This document shows, piece after piece, positions 1-8,673 of a DNA stretch of 64,000 bases. Under the pieces are notes generated by a model. That model was not told where the DNA came from. It saw only the letters and a list, made by a program, of their open reading frames with translations, and did not search any database. Within the stretch, counting starts at the first letter, position 1. Every line of letters starts with the position of its first letter. The translations under genes and the position numbers were made by a program. The DNA comes from a virus (lineage: Duplodnaviria; Caudoviricetes), in IMG/VR virus record IMGVR_UViG_2791354873_000003, positions 1 through 64,000 of that record; one strand, written 5' to 3'.

Positions 1-1194
1 TTACGTGGCTTCATCGCAGCTACGGACCAATTTCGGACCAATCTGGAGCTTTTCCAGCTCCTGCCAGTCATTGGACGAGTTAATCCAACGTGCATAAGTC
101 GATAAGAGCATCTGCACGCTATGCCCGAGCTGTTGGGCGATGAATGCGGGGTTGAGACCGGACATTAAGCATATTGTCGCATAGGTATGGCGGCAGTTAT
201 ACGGTGGGCGATATCGGATCCCCAAACCCTTCAGGGTTGGGCGCCATTGGTGGTGGAGGTCCGATGTCTGCTTGACGTACTCGCCATTCTTCCCTGGAGG
301 GAAGACGAACGGCGACTCATTGAACTGCCCCTTGCCCTGCTTGCGGCGCTCTGCATACTGCTTCGCGAACGCCAAGGCATGCAGCGCTCTGTCGTTGAGC
401 AGAACAAACCGATCACGGCCGGTTTTAGTCCTCTCTTCCACAACGCCCAGCGCGACTGTCCGTCGGACGTGAGCGGTTTTCTTTATCGAATCCACCGCAT
501 CCCAGCGTAGAGCCAAGCCTTCAGAGAGGCGAAGCCCCGTGAAGAACATGAACTCGAAGAATGCTGCGTAGATCTGGCTGGGCCAGTGCGCGTGCTTGTA
601 TAGCTCAGCGATGATCAAATTGGCCTCGTCGAGAGTGAACGGATCGACTTCCTTCCTTGAGCGCGCTGGAAGTTGGATCGCTTCGGCGGGATTCCTGGTG
701 ATCAGCCCGTCCAGCACAGCTGAGCGGAGGATTGTCGACAGCTTCACCATGGCATTGCGTTTAACGGATGCCGATGTCCAGGTGATCGAGGTGACGATCC
801 GCCTAAGAAGCGTGGACGTGATTAGATCTATACGTACCAAGGCGAGGTGGGGCACCCAATACAGATTCAAGGTGCCTTTGTAATTGAGCCTCGTGCCCGC
901 CGCGATCTCCCGGCTGTCCAACCACAATTGCGCGTACTCGCCGAACGTTGGTACGCCACCAACGACAGCGCCGGAGCTGGGAAAGAGTTCTGCGTACTTG
1001 TCATGGTCGAGTAGGTTGAGCTTTATCAGGCTGTTTACTTTATCTCGAAGCTGGGATGCAGCCTTGATGCCTTTTTGTGTCGCGGGATAGGGAAGGGTCT
1101 CACTCCTGCGAGCACCTTCCCACATGAACCTGAGCCGGAGCGAGCCGTAGTGGACGTCGATGCCAGGGGGTAAATCCATTGGCTTTCCAGCCAT
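1..1194 (-). CDS. int: Tyrosine recombinase, phage integrase (start may be 1179)
   Basis: Catalytic motifs TGLR (R), RHTYAT (H-x-x-R region), LGHS and Y; N-terminal arm-binding domain. Confidence 0.97.
   Translation of the reverse strand: MAGKPMDLPPGIDVHYGSLRLRFMWEGARRSETLPYPATQKGIKAASQLRDKVNSLIKLNLLDHDKYAELFPSSGAVVGGVPTFGEYAQLWLDSREIAAGTRLNYKGTLNLYWVPHLALVRIDLITSTLLRRIVTSITWTSASVKRNAMVKLSTILRSAVLDGLITRNPAEAIQLPARSRKEVDPFTLDEANLIIAELYKHAHWPSQIYAAFFEFMFFTGLRLSEGLALRWDAVDSIKKTAHVRRTVALGVVEERTKTGRDRFVLLNDRALHALAFAKQYAERRKQGKGQFNESPFVFPPGKNGEYVKQTSDLHHQWRPTLKGLGIRYRPPYNCRHTYATICLMSGLNPAFIAQQLGHSVQMLLSTYARWINSSNDWQELEKLQIGPKLVRSCDEAT
23..42. repeat. Tandem CGGACCAAT repeats, putative integrase arm-type sites (P arm)
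   Basis: CGGACCAAT at 23-31 and 34-42; the same word recurs at 57032-57040. Confidence 0.65.
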
Positions 1195-1367
1195 TCGTCA
1201 TACCTCTTTTTGCTGTAGATAATTCGGCCGCTGTGCTTTATCCATACGCCCTCGGGAATAGACCCCCGTAGTCGCCGGCCTTCGAGAGCGCGCTTCGTGC
1301 AGCCGAGTAAATCGGCCATTTTCTGTTCGGTAACTTTGTCGACGTCACCGGTGTTGGCGGTTTCCAT
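1035..1367 (-). CDS. xis: Excisionase-like winged-helix protein overlapping the int 5' end
   Basis: Small HTH-like protein (EQKMADLLGCTKRALEGRR...W...GRIIYS) immediately upstream of int. Confidence 0.75.
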   Translation of the reverse strand: METANTGDVDKVTEQKMADLLGCTKRALEGRRLRGSIPEGVWIKHSGRIIYSKKRYDEWLESQWIYPLASTSTTARSGSGSCGKVLAGVRPFPIPRHKKASRLHPSFEIK

Positions 1368-1405
1368 GGGTGGTCTCCACGCCGCCGGCGGCGGCAGGTT
1401 GGTGG

Positions 1406-1762
1406 TCAGGCTGCTATCTGTGAGTGCGCAGCGTCACGGCGGCGGCAGATTTGCACCTGCAGCCGATAGGCTCGGAAGCGGCGGCCGTCACCTGGTGAAA
1501 TTTCCGGAGCCAGGTTGGCCAAGTCCTCTTCCAGCATGCCGAAGTAGTAGAGGTGCTCTCCGTCGCCTATCCATTCAGGCTGGGCAATCGCCCAGTCGCG
1601 CGCTTGAACGCACGGAAGGCAGGTCTTGAAACTCTCCATTGAGCCTTCCCAGCATCCAGCTACCAGTTGATATCGCTGCCCAGGGTCGATATGCCCACGG
1701 CATTCGCAGCAGGCGTGGCGCTTTCTGGCCACGGGTTCGGTCGTGGTCTGAAAATCAGACAT
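1406..1762 (-). CDS. Phage hypothetical protein with CxxC pairs (putative Zn-binding)
   Basis: MSDFQ start with GAGGAG SD; CCEC and CLPC motifs. Confidence 0.75.
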   Translation of the reverse strand: MSDFQTTTEPVARKRHACCECRGHIDPGQRYQLVAGCWEGSMESFKTCLPCVQARDWAIAQPEWIGDGEHLYYFGMLEEDLANLAPEISPGDGRRFRAYRLQVQICRRRDAAHSQIAA

Positions 1763-1812
1763 GGTTGCTCCTCGCCCACGCATGTCGGCGGGCTTAAGTA
1801 GTAGGGGAGGGG

Positions 1813-2013
1813 TTAGGCGAGTTCGGCCGCGAAGGCGTCGACCAGGGCTTGGCTGGTGAAGTTGATCGGCAAGGCGTCAGTACTCTTGCCGTCGCTAATC
1901 AGGACCCAGCCATTCTTGTAGAGGGTGCAGGTATTGCGACCAAGTAGGACGCGCGCAATCGGCAGCCTGCCGAATGGTAGCCAGCGGTTGAGACGGTATA
2001 TCAGCTTCCTCAA
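1813..2013 (-). CDS. Small phage hypothetical protein (TTG start coupled to upstream stop)
   Basis: TTG overlaps the TGA of the upstream gene; the longer ORF-track start is unlikely. Confidence 0.55.
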   Translation of the reverse strand: MRKLIYRLNRWLPFGRLPIARVLLGRNTCTLYKNGWVLISDGKSTDALPINFTSQALVDAFAAELA

Positions 2014-2375
2014 GGCATCAGCTCCTTGGGTACCTGGACGGTATCGCCAAGCTTTGCCTTGACCAGGCTGCGACAGAAGGCGACTAGGGCTGATGGCCCA
2101 TAGCACCAAAAGCCACTGCCTGCTGGGCCAGCACCGTAGCGAAACTGAGCATCTGCCAGATGAGCCTGGTAGTGGGCGCTTGCGTGATGCTTGTCCAGCA
2201 GCGGGCCGCCCTGACTCCAGTTCCAGCTTGGCCGCCATGCGCTGGTATCATCTGGAAGTTTTCGAACCCATCCTTGGTGATCGACGAAGACCGGTACCGA
2301 TTCGGCCTTGGCCACCGCCCAGTCCAGCGCCGCGCCGACCAGGTTGGATACCCTCACTTCGATAAGGTCGGTCAT
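2010..2375 (-). CDS. DUF2591/NinX-family phage protein
   Basis: L.GAALDWAVAKAE and W.PS.NWSQGGPL motifs typical of the family. Confidence 0.75.
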   Translation of the reverse strand: MTDLIEVRVSNLVGAALDWAVAKAESVPVFVDHQGWVRKLPDDTSAWRPSWNWSQGGPLLDKHHASAHYQAHLADAQFRYGAGPAGSGFWCYGPSALVAFCRSLVKAKLGDTVQVPKELMP

Positions 2376-2620
2376 GGCTTGACCACCTGCAGTTTGCTTC
2401 TGGCAACGTCACTAACGGCGTCGCGGATCGCATCGTTGATGATGCGAGCGTTGACGGCGCCCAGCTGTGCATACATTGCGCCGTTTGCCGCGGCCATGAA
2501 CCCTGCCCATAGCTGGCCTTTTTCAATTGGTCCGTCGAAACCGTTAGCTGCCGCAACATCGTCGAAGGTTGGCCGAAGCATGATCCACATGTCGCGGCCG
2601 AGTGCTGATGCGTCTTTCAC
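2372..2620 (-). CDS. Phage hypothetical protein
   Basis: ATGA-coupled ORF in the early-left operon. Confidence 0.65.
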   Translation of the reverse strand: MKDASALGRDMWIMLRPTFDDVAAANGFDGPIEKGQLWAGFMAAANGAMYAQLGAVNARIINDAIRDAVSDVARSKLQVVKP

Positions 2621-2868
2621 AGCTCATACCTCTCATCAATCCAGCGCCCAGGCGCCAGAGCGGGTGTAGGTTCGGGTTGGGTTTCGTGCGGGGAGAGCTG
2701 GCGCTCGTTGCCGGCCTGCAGCTGGCTGTCGGGGATGCAGCTGATGCCGACCCCGTTGAGCAGGTAGCAGGTGACGCCGCGCTGGCTGTCGTGCTGCACG
2801 TCGATGACGTTCTCGGTTGCGCTGGCGCCGGTGGCCAGCAGCAGGAGGCAGAGGGCGAGGCGGGTCAT
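2617..2868 (-). CDS. Small exported phage protein; paralog at 59028-59309
   Basis: Signal-peptide-like N-terminus; D..RGVTCY...GISCI motif; near-identical C-terminus in the paralog. Confidence 0.75.
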   Translation of the reverse strand: MTRLALCLLLLATGASATENVIDVQHDSQRGVTCYLLNGVGISCIPDSQLQAGNERQLSPHETQPEPTPALAPGRWIDERYEL

Positions 2869-3359
2869 GGCGCCACCTCAGGAGCGCCTGGGATATCCTC
2901 GAACTTGTAGGTCTTGATGACACGCTCTTGCACGCCGGTGACCTTGATGAACTTGGCTTCCTGTACCCAGGGATAGGCGCCTGGGTCGCCGTGCTTGCCG
3001 CCGCCGCTCATCTCACAGAAGGCGAGGGCGCGACCATCGGGCAAGATGAAAGCCTTCACGTCGATCTCGTAATTCCTTCCCCAGCTGTAATGGCACCACT
3101 CAGGAATGCCGCTGACATCTTCAGCCTCGTAGCGGACCTCGTTGATGGCGTCGTCGTGCTCGTTTTGTTCGAAAAGCGCTTCCAGCAGATCACCAGGCGC
3201 AGCAGCGAGGAAGGCGTGATCGACTGTGGCGGATTGACCATCATCATTGGTGAAGGTGTAGTCGTAGCCAAAGTCGAGGCCTTTGCGCATTACCAGCAGC
3301 ATGGCCAACTGGCTTGCGGTCAGGGTGTCGAGGGAGTCGTGAATGTTTGCGTTAAGCAC
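2865..3359 (-). CDS. Acidic phage hypothetical protein
   Basis: 164-aa ORF with coupled stop/start. Confidence 0.75.
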   Translation of the reverse strand: MLNANIHDSLDTLTASQLAMLLVMRKGLDFGYDYTFTNDDGQSATVDHAFLAAAPGDLLEALFEQNEHDDAINEVRYEAEDVSGIPEWCHYSWGRNYEIDVKAFILPDGRALAFCEMSGGGKHGDPGAYPWVQEAKFIKVTGVQERVIKTYKFEDIPGAPEVAP

Positions 3360-3424
3360 AGGAAGTCCTTGGCCGCCATATCGCGGCAGTGAATAGAGGG
3401 GAGAGGGGTTACAGCTGGGTGGTG

Positions 3425-4618
3425 TTACTGCTTGCTAGTGAGGACGCCGCGTGCACACCATGCGCCATATGCGTGACGCATCCAGTCTTGGATGAAAACC
3501 CCGGCATCAGTCTTTCGGTAGTCAGCTGCGGCGAAGGGACGGTCGGCCCACTCGCGGAACTCGCCTTCCTCGCACTCCATGCACTGGTTGCCCAGGTCGC
3601 GGCAGATGGCGCATTCATTCGGCGCGCTCGGCTCTGCGCTGGCTACTGGGTCTTCCTGCACATTGCCGCAGGCGTGGCACTCTTGGCCTGTGCGAGTGAC
3701 ATTGCCCTCCTTCCACCACACGCCGCTGCGCTCGTCATGCCGGCAGGTATTTGGGCTCTGCTCGAATCCGTGGCTGCTGCCGCGTTCCTCGCTCGGCTCT
3801 GCGCTGGCTGATAGCATATCCCGCAGTTCGGCCCGTGTTCTGGCACGCTCTTCGGGGTCCACATTCGCCCAGTTGTAGCCAGCGACTTTGCGCAGCATCG
3901 CTTCCAGCTTGTCCACCTGGGTGCGCAGGGCATCGCGCTCGTTTGCGCAAGCAGATAGCGCCTGATCCATCTTCCGGCGCTCCCGGCGCAGGGTGTCCCG
4001 TTCTTCAATTGCTGCATCACGCTCCGAGCGCATCCCGTCACGGCCTTTTTGCCACGCATCAAGTCCTGGGTGGGTGTAGAGCGGCCCCAGCTTGGCTATT
4101 TCGTCTAGGCAGGCGTTCCAGCCATCGGCCTTCGCCACGCCTCCGGGTACAGCCCATCCCTGAGTCGGGTCTTTGCGCGCAGGCAGCGTCACTGGCTCGC
4201 CCTGATGCTGTTCGGCAAGCACTGCGCCGGCCATAGGCCCCAGCCCAACAATCGGCAGCCCAGTCTCCACCGCATCCCTCTCTGCCTCTACTTTGGTCCA
4301 CCAGAAGGCAGTACCAACCATCCAGGCTATTGGGTCGGGGTGGAACTGCTGGGCTGGTGATCCGGTAACGCGCCGCTCAATGGCAGCCCAAGCCGGTGCG
4401 GATTCAGGCCAGTCGCTTTCGAGCACCAAGTACTCCCGCGCCGGGCAGTTCCACTCGTCCATCAGCGACAGCACCCCTTCCAGGTAGGAGTGCGCGAGGT
4501 CAAAGTCGACTGGCGAGAGCAGTGCCAGGTCTCTGCGCTTGACGACGATGTACCGGTCTTCGCGCTGGAAAGGCACGCTGACCATCTCTGTGTTGCTGGA
4601 TCGGTTTTCTGTGGGCAT
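3425..4618 (-). CDS. Mosaic phage hypothetical protein (coiled coil plus Cys-rich modules)
   Basis: 397 aa with GAGG SD; internal ASAEPS repeat; CHAC and CAIC..CMEC motifs. Confidence 0.75.
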   Translation of the reverse strand: MPTENRSSNTEMVSVPFQREDRYIVVKRRDLALLSPVDFDLAHSYLEGVLSLMDEWNCPAREYLVLESDWPESAPAWAAIERRVTGSPAQQFHPDPIAWMVGTAFWWTKVEAERDAVETGLPIVGLGPMAGAVLAEQHQGEPVTLPARKDPTQGWAVPGGVAKADGWNACLDEIAKLGPLYTHPGLDAWQKGRDGMRSERDAAIEERDTLRRERRKMDQALSACANERDALRTQVDKLEAMLRKVAGYNWANVDPEERARTRAELRDMLSASAEPSEERGSSHGFEQSPNTCRHDERSGVWWKEGNVTRTGQECHACGNVQEDPVASAEPSAPNECAICRDLGNQCMECEEGEFREWADRPFAAADYRKTDAGVFIQDWMRHAYGAWCARGVLTSKQ

Positions 4619-4671
4619 AGGATACCTCGCCGGGGTGGCGTGACTGAATGGGAAGGGGTGGAAAGGTGGCT

Positions 4672-5622
4672 TTACTCGCAGAGGCCGTAGGCTGAGGAGC
4701 AGCAGTGCTGGCTATCGGCGCGGGCGATCAGGTCGACCATGTCGAATTGGCGACCGCCGCGTGCTGTGTTGGCCCAGTCGACCATTCGGTCGATGCCGTG
4801 GGTTGAAGCGCTGATGTTGTCGCTCGCATGCACGGTTGGGTCGTTGGTCGCCGTAAAGAACGTGGCCGATCCGCGCTTGCTGGCGATGCTGACCAGACGT
4901 TCCCACTCACGGACCCTGGCAACCTCCTCGGGCCACCGGGATGCGATCTCGCGCAGTTCGTCCTTCGCACACATCACGCACGGCATGCAGCCGACACGGT
5001 TGCAGCCCTGCAGGTACAGCGGGTTCGGTTTGATCCCGGCGACGCGATGAGCCTCGAACACAGCTTCGACCGGCCATTTGAGGATTGGCCGGTAGTTGAA
5101 CAGGCCGCCGCCAACCTCGTCACATTCCGGCAGGTAGCGGCGGTCGAAGGACTCGTCGGCGCGCACGCCCTGCCAGGACAAGATCATGTTGTTGCCATCC
5201 ATGAGCGGCATAAAGACTTGCTCAATGATGGGGTTTCGCTTCAGCTCTTCGGTGCAAAAGCGGGCCTTTGTGCTTGGGAACCGGCCCTTCCAGAGGCACA
5301 TATCCAAGAACGGGTTGCTAGTCGGGTGCAGTACCTCCAGCGCCCCGACCACGACCGCCTCCGGCACACCTTTCTCACGCCACTTCGTTTCGACGAATTT
5401 GCGCTTGCCGGAAATCTGCCTGGCGAAGTCCGCCCTAACCCAGCGGATCGGCACGCCCGTAGCATCGGCCAGGTAGTGCACGTAGTCATAGGTGGCCGGG
5501 TGTTCGTGTCCGGTATCGGCGAAGACGGCGCTGAGGTTCGGCACCTCCAGCTCGCGGGCGACCAACAGCGTGGCCGTGCTGTCCTTACCGCCGCTCATGC
5601 TGACGATGTTGTATTCGGTCAT
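4672..5622 (-). CDS. Phosphoadenosine-phosphosulfate (PAPS) reductase family protein
   Basis: PP-loop SGGKDS, FADTGHE, RFCT.ELK, GVRADES, RVGC.PC motifs; start MTEYN with AAGGA SD. Confidence 0.9.
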   Translation of the reverse strand: MTEYNIVSMSGGKDSTATLLVARELEVPNLSAVFADTGHEHPATYDYVHYLADATGVPIRWVRADFARQISGKRKFVETKWREKGVPEAVVVGALEVLHPTSNPFLDMCLWKGRFPSTKARFCTEELKRNPIIEQVFMPLMDGNNMILSWQGVRADESFDRRYLPECDEVGGGLFNYRPILKWPVEAVFEAHRVAGIKPNPLYLQGCNRVGCMPCVMCAKDELREIASRWPEEVARVREWERLVSIASKRGSATFFTATNDPTVHASDNISASTHGIDRMVDWANTARGGRQFDMVDLIARADSQHCCSSAYGLCE

Positions 5623-5726
5623 CGTGTGGTCCTTGCGTGCAGGCGCCGCCCTCGCCGGGGTGGCGTGATTCGTTGAAGTTGGGTACGTTCGCCCATCGCG
5701 AATGGAACGGTTGATCCGAGGTGGCG

Positions 5727-6179
5727 ATGAACAAGCAGTTGGGTCTTGCAAAACGGTGCGGTTTTGCACTTTTGGCGGCAGCGGTGCTTGGCTTACCCAT
5801 TGGGTTATTTGCCGAGGGGATAACGGTCGAAACTTACATAGCTGTTTCCACTGCATGGCTGCTTGTGGCCGCTATGTTGATCTTGGGAGAAAGCGTCTCA
5901 GAGGTCACAGTGTGGCAAGCAACGATAAAGCGAGATGTGCAGGCGGCTAAAGATGCGCGAAACGAGGCTGAAGCTGTCCGAGATGAGCTGAGAATCGCTC
6001 TTAAGGCATTGATAGAAAGTTCCGAAATCGCCTTCAGCGTTACTAGGATTGTAGAATGTCCCGATGAAGTACTCGATAGGCGTCAGGCTGCCATAGAGCG
6101 TCTGCAAGAGTTCGCTGAGTCAGACCCCGTAAAGCTACTGGCCTGGCGACGCGACTTGGCAAGGATGCTGAATCGCTAG
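5727..6179 (+). CDS. Moron: membrane-anchored hypothetical protein, antisense to the early operon
   Basis: GAGGTG SD; two hydrophobic N-terminal segments, then a helical domain; AT-richer codons. Confidence 0.7.
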   Translation: MNKQLGLAKRCGFALLAAAVLGLPIGLFAEGITVETYIAVSTAWLLVAAMLILGESVSEVTVWQATIKRDVQAAKDARNEAEAVRDELRIALKALIESSEIAFSVTRIVECPDEVLDRRQAAIERLQEFAESDPVKLLAWRRDLARMLNR

Positions 6180-6200
6180 CCGGCGGGCAGCGCCGGAGAG

Positions 6201-6746
6201 TCAGGCCGCGATCGGGTACTGCTTGGCTAGGGCCTGCTGCACCGTATCGATGATGCGGCAGAGGTAGGCCCAGTCGGGATTCGGCTCCATAGCGTCGGCT
6301 GGCAGGTTCCACCAGTCGTCACCGAATACCCGGTGCATGAACTCGCGGTGGGCGCCGCCGCACTCGTCGAGCGAGCCGGTGTAACGAACATCATCGGCCT
6401 CGTCGAACAGGCTCCGGGCATCTTCTGCGTCCAGATCCCGGTCACGCCGCATCTGCACGATCACCTTCCGCGCTTTGTCGGCCAGGGCCTCGGCGCTGAA
6501 CCGGCGAGAACTCAACTGCCGTTCGAAGTAGCCGATGATGTAGGCGTCGTGTAGCTTGCAGAAGAACTGGCCGATAGTCAGGCCATCCCACATGCCGCCC
6601 CAGTAGGCGTGCCAGGTCTTGTCGAAGCAGCTGACGGTGATCTTGCCTTTGCAGGGGGCAAGGTCTTCCAGGTAGACGCTGATCGGGTCGAGGTTTGGCG
6701 CCCCAGTGATCAGCAACTTGGTGACGGTCGATGTCTCGATGTTCAT
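6201..6746 (-). CDS. Conserved phage hypothetical protein
   Basis: GGAG SD before MNIETS; G+C-rich codon use like other phage genes. Confidence 0.8.
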   Translation of the reverse strand: MNIETSTVTKLLITGAPNLDPISVYLEDLAPCKGKITVSCFDKTWHAYWGGMWDGLTIGQFFCKLHDAYIIGYFERQLSSRRFSAEALADKARKVIVQMRRDRDLDAEDARSLFDEADDVRYTGSLDECGGAHREFMHRVFGDDWWNLPADAMEPNPDWAYLCRIIDTVQQALAKQYPIAA

Positions 6747-6855
6747 GGCTTTCTCCATGCATGCGCCGCCCTTCTTGGCCGGATGCGGCATAGTGGCAAT
6801 TTGGTTTGGGATGGGGTATTACGGGTGACCGGCATGGGGCTGGCGGGAGGTGGCA

Positions 6856-7329
6856 ATGGCGCAGGAACTGACTGATATTGCAGTAGCTGGCATTACCGCT
6901 GTTTCGATGATTATCGGGTTTGTGGTCAACTGGGGCTTGAATTCGATAAGCGCAGACACTACCGCGCGCCGTACTGAGAAAACAGATAGGCGAAAATCTA
7001 TTGAAGACCGCTATCTATCAGTGCAGACCTCAGTCGAGCTATTCCTGAGATCTAAAATCCGCGGGTCCGAAATGGATAAGGATTTAGCGCATCTGAACTC
7101 AATCATTGCTCTTTTTGCTGATCAAGCTGTCAGAGAAGCTTTCAACGGTTTTCAGCACGCCTTGACTGATTTCTACCGCGCAATCGAAGGTTCGCCGAAG
7201 AAGCATGTCTACCTGACCGATGCGGCTGAAGATTTCCGGGAAGAGTGGAATGATCTAATTCGGTCTCAGGAGGCGATATCAAGTGCAATGCGTGATCACA
7301 TTGATGCGCTCCGCTCGTTTAAAGACTGA
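6856..7329 (+). CDS. Moron: hypothetical protein with N-terminal TM helix, antisense to the early operon
   Basis: GGAGGT SD; one TM segment; AT-rich. Confidence 0.75.
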   Translation: MAQELTDIAVAGITAVSMIIGFVVNWGLNSISADTTARRTEKTDRRKSIEDRYLSVQTSVELFLRSKIRGSEMDKDLAHLNSIIALFADQAVREAFNGFQHALTDFYRAIEGSPKKHVYLTDAAEDFREEWNDLIRSQEAISSAMRDHIDALRSFKD

Positions 7330-7335
7330 ACGTGC

Positions 7336-7902
7336 TCATATCGTTCCTGCGAGAACCAGCAGTCCTTTGTCGTCAGGATCGGCGCCAAGCCTGATGTCTG
7401 GCGCACGAAGTTCACGCTGCATTCGCCATTGATCCAAGGCACGCGCCACGGAAATGCTGATTGCATATTTGTGGCGCGGTGGCAGAGATAGAAGCGTGAG
7501 GGCCTGAATCGGCCCGAGCGCATGGGCGCGCTCGATCAGTAGGCGGATGATGAAGCTGCGGTCCGTAGCGTTGATCCACTCGCCCATTTCGTCGATCTGC
7601 TGGATTGTGCCGCTCCGAGCCATGAGCCGAATCTCGGTGCGATCTGCCTTGCTGTGCTGATCGCTTTCAATTTCGAGGTGGACGCCGGCGGCGAAAAACG
7701 GGAACTTCGAGCGGCCAAGCTTGTGCGCGTTGTAGATCAGAAGGGTGAGCGCTTCGCCGCTTTCCTCGATCTCATCCCAGGACATCAGCTCAGAAAGCTG
7801 GCCGGCATGAGCTGCGGTGACCTTCAAGCGCAAATCCTGCTCGCCCAAGCGCTCCTGTTTCTCGCGCCGGCGCTTGTCGCGCTCCTGAGGCGTCATCGCC
7901 AT
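7336..7902 (-). CDS. Phage hypothetical protein (possible DNA-binding)
   Basis: GGAGGT SD; basic N-terminus (ERDKRRREKQ) and internal duplicated motif. Confidence 0.75.
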   Translation of the reverse strand: MAMTPQERDKRRREKQERLGEQDLRLKVTAAHAGQLSELMSWDEIEESGEALTLLIYNAHKLGRSKFPFFAAGVHLEIESDQHSKADRTEIRLMARSGTIQQIDEMGEWINATDRSFIIRLLIERAHALGPIQALTLLSLPPRHKYAISISVARALDQWRMQRELRAPDIRLGADPDDKGLLVLAGTI

Positions 7903-7987
7903 ACGGCACCTCCATGATTCCGCTGGGCGGGATGTGTATGTGCAGCTGGCGGCGACGCTGCTGCGTGAGTTTCTGGATGCGTCTCAT
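7790..7987 (-). CDS. Small basic phage protein (uncertain)
   Basis: ATGA coupling to the upstream stop; MRRIQKLTQQRRRQ; 3' part overlaps the next gene. Confidence 0.35.
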   Translation of the reverse strand: MRRIQKLTQQRRRQLHIHIPPSGIMEVPYGDDASGARQAPARETGALGRAGFALEGHRSSCRPAF

Positions 7988-8148
7988 GGGTGGCACACCT
8001 CAATGGGCGTTTTCTTCGTCGAGCCTGACGGCATGACCACCAGTAGGCGCTTGTTTCCTCGGTATACGCCCCAAGGCTGACCAGTGGATCTGGCCATGGC
8101 CGCCGCGTACTTCACGGCGGGCACGGGCTGGGAGATTGTTGCGATCAT
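7984..8148 (-). CDS. 54-aa phage hypothetical protein (not in ORF track)
   Basis: Hand translation MIATISQPVPAVKYAAAMARSTGQPWGVY...EVCHP*; fills the gap between neighbours. Confidence 0.55.
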   Translation of the reverse strand: MIATISQPVPAVKYAAAMARSTGQPWGVYRGNKRLLVVMPSGSTKKTPIEVCHP

Positions 8149-8151
8149 GGC

Positions 8152-8664
8152 CTACCCCCGATTCCGCTGGAGCGGGAAGTCAATGTCGAACTCGGCAAGA
8201 ATTCGCGCGAACCTGCAGTTACCGATGCCCAGCTCCAAAGTCACACCCCACCGGGACATGCCGGTATCACGCAGGGCAATGATCTTGTCGGCGAGATCAC
8301 GATCCTCCTGGCTCGGTTCGGCCTTTGCCTTCGCCGGTCTGGCCGGCTTCGGAGGCCTGAAGAACCTGAATCCTCCCCGCGCCGCTACGCCCCAGAGAGC
8401 GGTCTTGGTTTCGCCCAGGAGCTTTGCGACCTCGCCACAGGTCATGGTCTTGGCGAGCTCTTCTACCTGAGCTGTGCGTGCCTTGGCGCGGCTTTTACGC
8501 TCGCCGCCGCGCTCCTGCTTGACTGACTTGACCCGCTTCGGCTTCGGCTCAGGGTGATGACGTTGGCGGAAGGGCACGTACTGGAACCCCTCCAGCACAA
8601 TGATCCGGCCGCCAGACGAGAAGAAGGCCGCTTTGGCGGCCTCCAGGTCGATGGATTGGTTCAT
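8152..8664 (-). CDS. Phage hypothetical protein with two HTH-like segments
   Basis: GAGGT SD; MTCGEVAKLLG and GMSRWGVTLELGIG HTH-like patterns. Confidence 0.75.
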   Translation of the reverse strand: MNQSIDLEAAKAAFFSSGGRIIVLEGFQYVPFRQRHHPEPKPKRVKSVKQERGGERKSRAKARTAQVEELAKTMTCGEVAKLLGETKTALWGVAARGGFRFFRPPKPARPAKAKAEPSQEDRDLADKIIALRDTGMSRWGVTLELGIGNCRFARILAEFDIDFPLQRNRG

Positions 8665-8673
8665 ACTGCCACC

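Noticed and set aside
4672-5622. Complete Dnd phosphorothioation system or sulfur-assimilation auxiliary gene
   Set aside because: No dndABDE, ssp or other cys genes nearby; only the fold is supported.
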